Shown here: in pieces, positions 54,098-64,000 of the stretch
Position numbering within the stretch: the first letter of the stretch is position 1
Layout: every line of letters starts with the position of its first letter
Assembly: GCA_003971905.1 (NCBI GenBank)
Contig: RSEE01000133.1
Coordinates: 62,001-126,000, forward strand
Direction: 5' to 3'
Source of the DNA: Moniliella sp. 'wahieum'
Taxonomy: Eukaryota
Length of the DNA: 64,000 nucleotides
The notes under the pieces: generated by a model
Told to the model about the DNA's origin: nothing
Database searches by the model: none
What the model saw: the letters and a program-made list of their open reading frames with translations, nothing else
Position numbers and translations under genes: made by a program

Positions 54098-57000
54098 GAA
54101 CTCGGGGGCGAAATGCGAATCATCCGGGCATTATATGACAGTGGGGCATTCCCATCCATTTGGAAAGACAAATCCGTCTTCACATCCATGACCCCTTGCG
54201 ACGACGAGATAGAGGTTGCTAACGGGACACATGTAAAGGCGGAAGGACGAGGCACGGCCACAATCCGTATCCGATGCTTAGGAGGACACCAAATGGAGAT
54301 AAAACTCCCCAACAGCCTATACATGCCCCGTTTCAGCCGAAATCTCGTCAGTGTAGCACACCTGTCGAACACCGGAATCGCATCATACTTCGCCCCACAC
54401 CAGAAGGGTATCTGGCTTGGTAACCCAGGATCCACCCTACGAAAAGTAACCGGCAGTGACTATCAATTCACGATCTTACACAACCCGCGAACGCCACCCA
54501 CACCCCTGCGGGCCATGGCGACCAAACCGATCAAACCGGCCGACCCACCCTCAACCCCAAACTCCCTCGCAGCATCCCTGGCCCTGGACCACGTCTCTAA
54601 AGCCCACAAACGCTGGAACCACGCAGCCATCGACCTCCTCCCCTGGCTTACACGATCGGAAACCGCAGGCCTCCGCGTCACAGCCAAGCATATCTCCCTC
54701 TGTCGTTCAGAGTGGGATTGCCCAACATGCGCGGTGGCACTAGCGACAGCATCGCCCCATCCGAGCCGGGACCGCCTCCGATCCAAAAGACCTTTCGAGG
54801 TCCTCCACGTCGACGTAGTAGACCTCCCCCGGGTAACCGGCATGGGGCACGGATACGCCCTCGTCGCCGTTGATGACTTCACGCGGTACGTCTTCACCAC
54901 AGCGATCCCGACAAAGGGCGCTGCAACGAAGGAACTGCGGAACCTCATATTGCGGGAGCAACGCTACGGCCCGGACAGACTGCTGCGGACTTTGCGCACG
55001 GACAACGCCCCCGAATTGACAAGCGCACTGCAACCTTTTCTGGACGAGCAAGGCATCACGTCAGAACGGACAATCCCGGGGCAGAGTGCTAGCAACGGTG
55101 TGGCTGAGCGTGCCATCCGAACCATAACGACTCGTGCAAGGCAGTTGCTCTTGGGTACAGGTCTTCCGACGTCGGACTGGTGGGAACACAGCCTCCACGC
55201 TGCGTGCTTCACCCAAAACCAAATGCCACTCAAAACATCCGGGGAAGACAACAAATCGCGATTTGAGCGATACAAAGGCCACGCATACTCGTTACCGATG
55301 CAACCCTTTGGCCGCTTGCATACCTCCATCTGCCCGAGTCACGCCGCGAGCACAAGCTCAGCGCGCGGGCAGAGGAAGGTATGCTGGTAGGATACCACCA
55401 TCAGCGCGGATCAAAGGGATGGCTCTTCGCCACATACCAACCATCCCTGGGTACCTTCACCTACCGCTGGTCGAAACCGTACAAATGGGGCAACGCCATC
55501 TACCCCCATCTCCACCCCGACCACTTCCCACCCGACATCTCCAAATCACCTCAAATTAAAATCGACAGTGAAAAAGACGCTAACCCTACTCCGCCAGCCG
55601 CGGCAGCACCCATGCCCCGAACCGCCGCCACACCCCAGACACCCGCTCCCACCACCACCCCCCCTCCGCGCCGCTACCCCCTCCGCCAGCGCACCACCCG
55701 CACCTCCCTCGACCTGCACACACTCCCAATCGCTGACGACCCCACCGACACGACCTACCATGCTCGTGCTGCAGCCGCCACGCCCCACTGCGCCGCACCA
55801 GAGATCGGCATCGCCCGCCCCCTACCTGACACATCCGCCCCCCCGTTTGCCGACACAGTTCAACCTCCCGAATACGCCGCCATGACTGCTCTCAGCGCAC
55901 CCATCCACCCGGACACGGTTCAGCTCACCAAGGATGGCGTACCCCTCGCTCCCAAGACGCTCAAGGGTCTCGAGACTCACCCCTCCTTTGCCATGGTCAA
56001 GCAGGCTATGGCCGACGAGGTGGCCACACTCGCGCGATACGGCACCTACGAGGCTACGTACCCACCACCGGGTGCACAAATCCTCATAGGACTATGGCGC
56101 ATCACCACAAAGACGGACGCCGAGGGCCGGTTCCTGCGCCACCGCGCGCGCTTTGTCGCGGGCGGACACCAACAATCGGCCGAGACTTGGGGCCAGACGT
56201 TCGCACCATCGGTGCGCACACCTGCCATCCTGACCCTCGTCGTGCTGGCCGAGAAGTATAAGTTTGGCCTCTTCTCGGCGGACGTCAATGCAGCGTACCT
56301 GAACGCCCCCCTCGAAGAAGCAGTCTACATCCGCCCACCCCCCTACTTCCCCGAAGCGGGTGGTCGCGTGTGGCGTCTCAAGAAGAGTCTATACGGGCTA
56401 CATCAGAGCGGAGCAAACTGGGCACGATACATCCGGAACCTGCTGCGTGACAAGCTCGGCTTCACGCAAAGCTTGACCGAGCCCTGCTTGTTCGTGCGCG
56501 CTGCACCACCGGGTGAGCAGATCCTCCTGGCGGTCCACACCGACGATCTGCTCCTCGCATGCAAGTCACACCAAAAGTACGAGGAGTTTATGGCCGAGAT
56601 AAACACACACATTGATGTTCGTGGTAACGGTCCCCTTCACTACCACCTGGGATGCCAATACGATCGGATCGGTGGGGAGCTGTACCTGAGCCAACCAAAG
56701 TTCATCGAGGAAGTGGTGGCAAAGCACCACATCAAAGCCCCGTGGATCCGGACTCTCCCACATCCCGTACGGATGATACCGCCCCGTGCCGACCCTGAAC
56801 CCCCATCCCTCCCAGCCTTGCGCAAGGCATATCAGGGGAAGATCGGATCGGGACTGTGGGCTGCACGAATGGGCCGGCCTGACTCCCTCTTCGCTATCAC
56901 GGCCCTCAGCAGAGCCGCTGCCGACCCATCGCAGCAGCATCATCAAGCAGTCGATGACTTCCTTCGCTACCTGTACCATACTCGAGGAAAGGGCCTGAGG

Positions 57001-57540
57001 TTGACCCCAACATCAGATGCACCGGCCATTGCGCTGTATACAGATTCCGACTTGGCGGGAGATCCCATCCAGGCACGCTCCACATCTGGATGCCTACTGA
57101 TGGTGTACGGTGTGCCGGTGTCGTGGCGATCCATTCTTCAGCCGAAGAGCGTTACCAGTACCGCCGCCGCCGAATATACGGCAGGATATGATGGACTGGT
57201 TGACGCCAACTATGTCAAGAACATCATGATCGAGCTTGGGGCCATCGGCGAGGGTACACCCATTCATTGGTATTGCGACAATAAGTCTGTCGTCGATCTC
57301 GCCCACAAATTTGGCAGCACCGGCAAGCTCCGAGAGCTGAAGATCCGGTACCACAATGTACGGCAACACGTGGACTCGGGCGAGGCCATACTTGTACACA
57401 TCCCCGGCGAAAGGAACCCAGCGGACGTCCTCACCAAGCCTCTCGGCCGTCCCGCCCTGACAAGCCATCTTGCTCAACTCCGCGTCGAGGAGATGGATCC
57501 AGTCCACATGACTGGGCCCTCCGGTCAGCGGGGGTGTTGA
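54098..57540 (+). CDS. pol: Retrotransposon Pol (PR-IN-RT-RNase H)
   Basis: Protease LYDSGA. Integrase HKRWNH..CPTC, LHVD, RTDNAPE and SNGVAER. RT ADVNAAYL, LKKSLYGL and HTDD. RNase H YTDSD, AEY, CDN and NPADVLTK. One frameshift near 55310-55380. The stop TGA lies inside the 3' LTR. Confidence 0.96.
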
Positions 57541-57695
57541 CATCCGTCCTAGGACCGCGCGGACCCTGAGTCACGTGAGTCAGCTTTCATTCCTTCCGAG
57601 CTCGCACCAGTCTTCTGGACGAGTCAGTCGCAGAAGCTTCTTAGTCCAATACGACGTTCAGTGCTCACATTCTGTGGGTAGTAGCGAGGCCGACA
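57535..57695 (+). repeat. 3' LTR (161 bp)
   Basis: TGTTGACATCC...GGCCGACA followed by the TSD GCAAC. Confidence 0.97.
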
Positions 57696-58096
57696 GCAAC
57701 TCATCCGCTCGCCACACATCCACGTCGTGGGCAAGCCATGCTGCTTCATCATCCCATCACTCGTCACCAGCAATCGTTAGCCAATCCTCCGCCCTGTCTG
57801 CTCCACACTTGGGCTCACCGGTCACCGGCCACCCCTGCCGTCTCGCTCCCTCCACACAGCGGTTTGTCCGTCGTCCGTATATAGTTCCCATCCCACCTCA
57901 CCTTCTCTAGTTGTCCTTCCTCCATCGCCGCCATCAGCATCACCCCCCCCTCTCTACACACACCTCTTTTGCGTCCGCCCGTCTCCCATCACTCTCCTTT
58001 TTTCCCGCGCTGCGCTCGCGCTAGCATTCCAATCGTTTTTGCTCCCCCACACAACCCCTCGCACGCGTTCCCGCTTCCTCTCTTCGGTTCTCGACC

Positions 58097-59443
58097 ATGC
58101 AGATCCTCGCTTTGGCCCTCGGCCTGACTGCTCTTGTCGGCGCAACAAACGCCACGCCGTCGCACCAGCACCAACGCATGGTCCATGCTCGTGCCGCTGC
58201 CTCCGCCAGTCAGTCTGCCACCAAGCCCAAGTTCACCTACAAACCCCCCACCAACACCTACCCCGGCGTCGTTGCCTCGGGCAAGATGGGTCCGACCAAC
58301 CCCGACAAGCCGACGCAACACGCCTGTCAACCAGACATCCCAAGCGCGTTTGCCTCGCTCAATTCCATTGACGATTGGTGCACGTTTGGGCCGGAACCTC
58401 TCAACAATACCGATACGCTTGGTGACCTCGAAGCCACCACGGTCGCCTATTGCACCAAACCGCGCAACAATGCGCGCGTGATTGTACGTTCTCGTCTGCC
58501 CTTTCTCTGTGGATTGCGCCGAGAGTTTATATGGCAGTGTTGGCTGACCCATCTACCCGTCTTTCTTGTCTTGTTGTTAGCCCGACGGATCGATCAAGAC
58601 AGCGTCGTTCATCCGCACCCCGCTGTACATCGAGCTGCATGCCACGGGCGACTTTACCGCGCTCAATTTCGCCCCGGGCGACTCGGGTGGCGAGCTGGAC
58701 CCGCACGGCGCAACCGAAAGGGCAACCCGGTCGGGGGCAACGTAACGTCGAACGTTGTGGATGGCAAGACAGATGTGTCGTACCAAGAGTGGATGAACTA
58801 CGTGTCAGCGAGCGAACTTTGTTTCCGTGTGCATTGCCGGCTCGGACGACGCGACACCGTCAGAGATTTGCCAGCACACACTGGACGAAGTGGGTTGTTC
58901 CTGGATCATGCCCAAGCGCCATCCAAGACGGCATTTGAAACGTGCGACGCTGACGCTGCTTACCCGCCGGGCTGTACCCTCAACCCAACGGCTCCACCTC
59001 CACGTTCACAAGTACTTTACAGGTCAGTACACCGTCAATGGCCAAACCAAGGGCTACACCAATGGCGCCTCGACAGAAACCACCCGACCGCCGCGTACTC
59101 CGTCCCTTCCTCTAGCAACTGCAAGCCCCAGCCATCGCCCAGCAACGGAATCGCCTCTCTCAAAAAGGGCGGCGGATCGTCCTCGGCACCGTCGTCCTCG
59201 GCAGCGCCTTCCTCAGCACCGCCCTCCTCCGCCGCACCCACCTCGATGACTGTTGTGAATGGTGGCTCCGGATCGGGATCGGGATCGGGTCAGGCACCCC
59301 AGAAACAAGCCGGGTCCCAACCTGGGGCTGTTGCCCCTGCGCAACAGGCCGTGGCGAAGGCTAGTTCGGCCACGCTCCCTTTCTCCCTCCCGCTTGGGTG
59401 GCTGCTTGGTACTGGTTTCGTTGCCGGAGCGATGCTGGCGTAA
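58097..59443 (+). CDS. Secreted, probably GPI-anchored Cys-rich mannoprotein (Cryptococcus MP88-like family)
   Basis: Signal peptide MQILALALGLTALVGA. Motifs NSIDDWCTFGP, VAYCTKPRNNARVI|PDG, GGELDPHGA, GNPVGG, QEWMNY and CQHTLDEVGC. Ser-rich stalk and hydrophobic C-terminus. Intron 58484-58580. Confidence 0.85.
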   Translation: MQILALALGLTALVGATNATPSHQHQRMVHARAAASASQSATKPKFTYKPPTNTYPGVVASGKMGPTNPDKPTQHACQPDIPSAFASLNSIDDWCTFGPEPLNNTDTLGDLEATTVAYCTKPRNNARVIVRSRLPFLCGLRREFIWQCWLTHLPVFLVLLLARRIDQDSVVHPHPAVHRAACHGRLYRAQFRPGRLGWRAGPARRNRKGNPVGGNVTSNVVDGKTDVSYQEWMNYVSASELCFRVHCRLGRRDTVRDLPAHTGRSGLFLDHAQAPSKTAFETCDADAAYPPGCTLNPTAPPPRSQVLYRSVHRQWPNQGLHQWRLDRNHPTAAYSVPSSSNCKPQPSPSNGIASLKKGGGSSSAPSSSAAPSSAPPSSAAPTSMTVVNGGSGSGSGSGQAPQKQAGSQPGAVAPAQQAVAKASSATLPFSLPLGWLLGTGFVAGAMLA

Positions 59444-60090
59444 ACCTAGTCAGCGCATGTGGACTGTCAGTATAACCGCGTCAACCTCCCCCCCCCCCCC
59501 ACCGTGCCAGGGAAACTGTGCATCTGTTCCATTTCTTGCTTGTGCTCACGATTGGTTTCAGAAGCCTTGTTGCTTGCCTGCTTACGCCCCCTTCCCGCCT
59601 CCCCTCCCTGCCTGCCCTCCCCGGGCGTTCCCGCTTGTGTTTGTACGACGCTATACCTTTTCTCCGTCTGAACTTGAACGCTATACCTTTATCGGAACGC
59701 CCCATTTGCTGTGGGTGTTTTTTTTTTCCTTCTTTTTTCGTCCATCGCCCCTCTTGTTGTTCGAGTCTCGGTGGCGACTAGCGATGCCCATGGAGGCATG
59801 CTCGATAGGGTGTAGGACCAGGAGAATCGCCGCCGTTTCGTATAGCAATAGGGCAGCGCGCTTCACAGTTGGCTTTGCGCAGCCGAATCCAGCCGCTCTC
59901 GCTGCTTGTGCGGCGGGCAGTAGGGTTGGGCAACCCTAGCGCGCCGCTGCCGTCGGGCGCGGGGGCACTCCTCGACGTGTGTGCGCTGGGACGAGTGACC
60001 GGTGACCATCCCTCGATAGCACGCTGGACGCGTCGCGCCCTGCTCCCACCTTCTCTGCTCCTCCTCCTCTGGGCTGCTCTGCGCGCGGCC

Positions 60091-61937
60091 ATGCCGACCC
60101 CGCCGCTCCACCCGCGCACGCACCACCGCCGCCTCGCCTGCGCACAGCACACGTCTCGGCTCCTCCCCGCCGCCGCTCCGCACCTCGTCGCGCAAGTCAG
60201 CACGGCGAGCAGTGCGCGCACCCACCTCGCCCCCCTCGCAGCGCACCTCGGCCTCGCCGCCCCCGCCCCGGCTGCCTCCGACACCGAGTCGGTCGAAAGC
60301 GCCGAATACGCTTCCCCCCCCCCCGCCAGTCGCAAGCGCCGTGCGCTGCCCCGTCCACAGCACGCGGCAAGCGCCGTGCACCGACCTGGCCACCCCCGTT
60401 GCGGCCGGTACGCACACGGCAGAGCCACCGGAGACGGCGGACGATACCGAGGCCATCGAAGGTGCCGAGGACGCTGATGCAGATGCAGATGCAGATGGTG
60501 CAGAGGGGCCCGAGGCCGAGGTGTGAACATGCGGAAGAGGAGACCAAGTCGCGCTCGCGCTGGATCCGGCGGGCGAAACCAAAGTGACTCGTATGGCGTG
60601 TTGCGTGGCGGGCGGCAACTGCGTTGTGCGGCACTGACGTTCCTGAGCGTGGTGCGCACGAGTTTGTCTTGACGCGCGATGCGGCGCGCACGCTCGAGTA
60701 CCGCGACTCGATTACTTTGCCAAACTTAACAAGCCCCTTCGCCTGGTCCAGCTCCACCCGAGAGAGGGAACGGTTGGTCCAGCTCGAATTGATCAAACCT
60801 CATCTCAGGAATCGACCGATCACCGTGGTGTATGCCCGGGATCTCTTCCAACGGTTTGGTGCGCGCATCGTGGTGGGTACGTCTGGCTGGGGTTCCTTTT
60901 CTTTCTTCTTTTGCCCCCCACGCATGCGCTGGCGCTTGCTGGGGACAATCCGGACTCACACTGACCCCCCCCCCCCCATCTGCATCCAGAGGGGAACAGG
61001 TCGTGGACGATTACTACGAACAGCAAGCGATCGAGGATGGGGCAGTACGCGGCCAGCTGGCTGTGCCTATGACCGCGAACGGATGCGGGACGAGTACCGG
61101 AGGCGTGTGCGGGTGGCCAAGGCACAAGCGCGTCTACGTCTGGCCGAGGAGACCGAGGAAGCACCTACACCTACCATGGACGAGTCGGGATCGGAGCAAG
61201 GTGAGACTGGCACGGGCAAAGCACATGCCGATCCCTTACGCGAAATATACGAGAAACGCGAACGGGACCGAGAACGTGAAAAGCAACGGCGCCGACTCGG
61301 TTCCAGTTCTTACACCCCCTCACTCCTTCGGGGGAAGCTGTCACGACCACCTTTGGCGATGCTGGTGCCGACCCTTGGACCCGCCTCGGCCCGGGCTCAG
61401 GCAAAAATATGGGCCGCAAAGCGGTGCTTCATCGCGACGGCCTGGATGAGCGCAATTGGGTCTTGCGCCTCGCTTTGGCCGCCTCGGCTTCGGCTCGGTC
61501 CCATGCTCTGGCACGCGAACGCCATCGTGTTCGTCTCCCCGTGCCGCTGCTGCAAGAAGGGAGGGGGGGACGGACGTACCCCTGCTGCTCGTGTCGGCCG
61601 AGCAGAAGGATAAGGAGACTGCCAACGAAAAAGAGAATGAAAAGGAGCAGGAGCAGGGCAGGAGCAGGAGCAGGACAAGAAGGATGAGGAACAAGGGGAA
61701 GAGGACCACTCGTTGTCTTCTTCTGTGTCGGATGGATCCGATGCCGAGGACGTTCCAACGGGAGTGTACGAGCCCGGGACGAATCGGGTGCACGTACCGG
61801 CCTATACGCAGTCTACGTGGGCGCAGTGGAGCCGCGTGTCGCCCACTCCGCGCGTACCGGACTGGAACCAGAGGGGACCAAACGTCTGCCTTCCTTGGCC
61901 GACTTGCCCCCGCTTGCCTCGCGCTCATGGGGGGTGA
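60091..61937 (+). CDS. Rsc7/Swp82 (Npl6-like) chromatin-remodelling subunit
   Basis: DPAGETKV, GGR, DAARTLEYRDS, YARDLFQRFGARIVV, VVDDYYE and a C-terminal GVYEPGT...TQ. Intron about 60877-60989. Frameshifts present. Confidence 0.8.
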
Positions 61938-62311
61938 TGAGCGTATCGACCAGCGCGCTCGTCCCCGCCAACTTGGAACAAGACAGAATGTAACTCAATG
62001 GTACCTGTGAACTGGTAACTGTTCTTACTGTGAACTGTGAACTGCGAGCTGGAACGTGTAACGTGTAACGTATAACGTGTTTATTTTCGCTGTCCATCTC
62101 CTCTCTCGCCCCGACCTGGCTTTGCAGAGCCCACCGGCCAGGGGCAGAACCTTCCAGGAGCCGAATCCGCAGTGGACAGACGCAGCGGACCGAAGCAAAC
62201 GATAAATGCAGTAGGCAGAAGTGACAGATAGATGGATGGATGGATTGCATATGCAAGGCAAAATGTGAACAGGGTGTCAGACGTATGAGAGGGTGCGAAC
62301 TGTGCAAAAAA

Positions 62312-62370
62312 GGGCAAGGGGCAAGGGGCAAGGGGGCAAGGGGGCAAGGGGGCAAGGGGGCAAGGGGGGC
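62312..62370 (+). repeat. (G3-6 CAA)n G-rich tandem repeat
   Basis: Eight G-runs separated by CAA, immediately past the phosphatase stop codon. Confidence 0.9.
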
Positions 62371-62371
62371 G

Positions 62372-63206
62372 CTAGTCCCGGTAGGGATGGGGGCGCGGGG
62401 AGTGCCGAAGGGAAAGCGACGAAGGAGGAGGAAGCGCGCGTGCTCGTTTCAGCGGCGTTGGCGGTGGTGGTGGCGGGTCGTGGGCGGGGAAGGAGCGTTT
62501 GGTGGCGGTTGTGGGCACGTCAGGGACCGTCGGTGCCAGTGGTTGGGACGGTTGGGATGGGTGGGATGGGTGCGGGGGCAGCGAGGGGGGCAGATTGAGC
62601 AGCTGCTCCCACTCGGCCAGCTGGGCCATAAGAGACCAGTTGGGCGACACGGCCGGCGAGAGCGCCTTGACACGGGCGTACACGTCGTGCATGCGCGCCC
62701 GGCTGGCGTGCATGATGTACGCCATGACGGCCGTTGCTGAGCGCGAGACGCCGCACTGGCAGTGCACCAGCACCCGCCCGCGCGCAGCCATGTGTGCGTC
62801 AATCAGTGCGCACAGCCGTGGAAAGCCCATGTCAACCGCGGTTGCCAGGTCGGCCTGGGTGTGGGTCCAGGCGAGATGCACGGCCTCGCGGCCGGCCGGC
62901 ACGGCGGCACGGCGCATTCGGCAGCGACGGTGAGGACGAGGGTGATGCCGTAGCGCTCGCAGATGCGCGCGTCGTGCGCCCTGCGCTCGTCGGCGAGGAA
63001 GAGGCGGGGGTAGACCTCGACGGGGCCGGTGTGGTAGGCGCGGGCGCGGGCCAGCGCTGCGTCCTCGCCGTCGGGCACGCGGGACGCGAGGGCGCTGGCT
63101 GCTGAGGCCGGCGCGAGCGTGAAGTCGCGGCGGGGCGGGGGCGGCGGCGGCGGAGGAGAGGGAGAGCGCCGGCGCGGCGGCGCGGCGGGAGCGTCGGCGC
63201 GAGCAT
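62372..63206 (-). CDS. Dual-specificity MAPK phosphatase (Msg5/Pmp1-like)
   Basis: GPVEVYPRLFL, catalytic VLVHCQCGVSRSAT, AYIM and SPNWSLMAQL. Frameshift near 62900. Confidence 0.88.
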
Positions 63207-64000
63207 GGCGGTGGTGGTGGTGGTGGTGGGGGGGAACCTATAGGCTACATCAGCAGTTATATTCCCTCGGTTGCCCATTTATTTCTCCTCTCGGCTGGTC
63301 CGGAGGAGCAGGCGCAGAGACTGGCGTCGTGCGAACGCCCGCCGCTCTGCTCCACCTCGGCGCCACCTGCCCGGCTGGAAAGCCAACGCACTCCACCACG
63401 CACACATCGCCGCCCCGCCAGCTCCGCGCGGCGATCGCCCGCCCGCCCGGCCCGCCGCTGCTTGCCGGACACGGCGACATGGCCTCCGCGCACGTCCTGC
63501 CTCCTCCACGCCATCCCCTTCCCTTGGCGGAGGCGGTGGGCCCGACAGACTACGACAATACTATACCTCCAGCGCAGGCAGCATGCATTCCGCTCCGAGT
63601 CCGCGCGGTCGCCCCTCGTGCACGCACCACCTGCAACACCGCCACCCGCAACGGCCCACTGTCCACTCCATGCCGCCTGCCTCTCGCAGCATGTGCCGCC
63701 CGGGTCGCCTGCCCTCCTCGCCACGCACATCGCTTGGCCGGCGTATGCATTGGCCTGCCTGAGCAGATGGTGCCCCTGGCGGCTGATGGTTGCTCTCATC
63801 GACAATGCCCCGGAGGGTACTACTAGTAAGAACCCTCTCGGTGTGGTCTGTTGTAGGCCCGTGTAGAGAGTAGATGGTGCCTTGACTTCACGATCTATAC
63901 TTTTGTGGTATATACAACACAATCGAAGACTGCTGACCAAAGCACACTGGTTAGAGAGCATCCAGCAGCCAGTGGGGAGCAACTGACCAACAATAGTACT

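Larger units (their letters stand above)
52651..57695 (+). mobile_element. Full-length Ty1/copia LTR retrotransposon, about 5.05 kb
   Basis: TG...CA LTRs at 52651-52808 and 57535-57695. Perfect 5-bp TSD GCAAC at 52646-52650 and 57696-57700. Domain order gag-PR-IN-RT-RNaseH. G-rich PPT before the 3' LTR. Confidence 0.98.

Noticed and set aside
55310..55390. Programmed frameshift between integrase and RT
   Set aside because: This is not a usual recoding position for copia elements, and it matches the window-wide indel error pattern.

Overview
GC-rich fungal genomic DNA with short GT-AG introns and CTRAC branch points. It is most likely a basidiomycete; a smut-like (Ustilaginomycotina) lineage is an inference. 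Most conserved genes carry single-base frameshifts, often in homopolymers, which I read as uncorrected long-read errors rather than pseudogenes. Housekeeping-type genes: YIP1, an intron-containing tRNA-Glu(CTC), SKT5/CHS4, endosulfine, a Pyp1-like HAD phosphatase, GDH2, URA5, mitochondrial EF-Ts, LMW-PTP, a UapA-like purine permease, an Rsc7/Swp82 protein and an Msg5-like phosphatase. Other genes: a BRCT protein, a secreted Ser/Leu-rich protein, a DUF4646-like gene, an AhpC/TSA-like protein and an MP88-like GPI mannoprotein. A divergent FDC1-PAD1 (prFMN decarboxylase) pair is followed by a GXWXG/DUF4334 gene and a two-finger C2H2 gene that the ORF track misses. A complete, very young Ty1/copia element lies at 52651-57695. 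Most notable: (1) an intergenic 7-bp-periodic grammar, T[CG]A + 4-bp palindrome + T[CG]A, at more than 30 loci, with different palindromic cores chained in register; (2) the copia element has gag and pol in one frame split by a single TAG, a non-canonical primer site and tandem AP-1/Gcn4 sites in its LTR; (3) the extended FDC1-PAD1-DUF4334 cluster.
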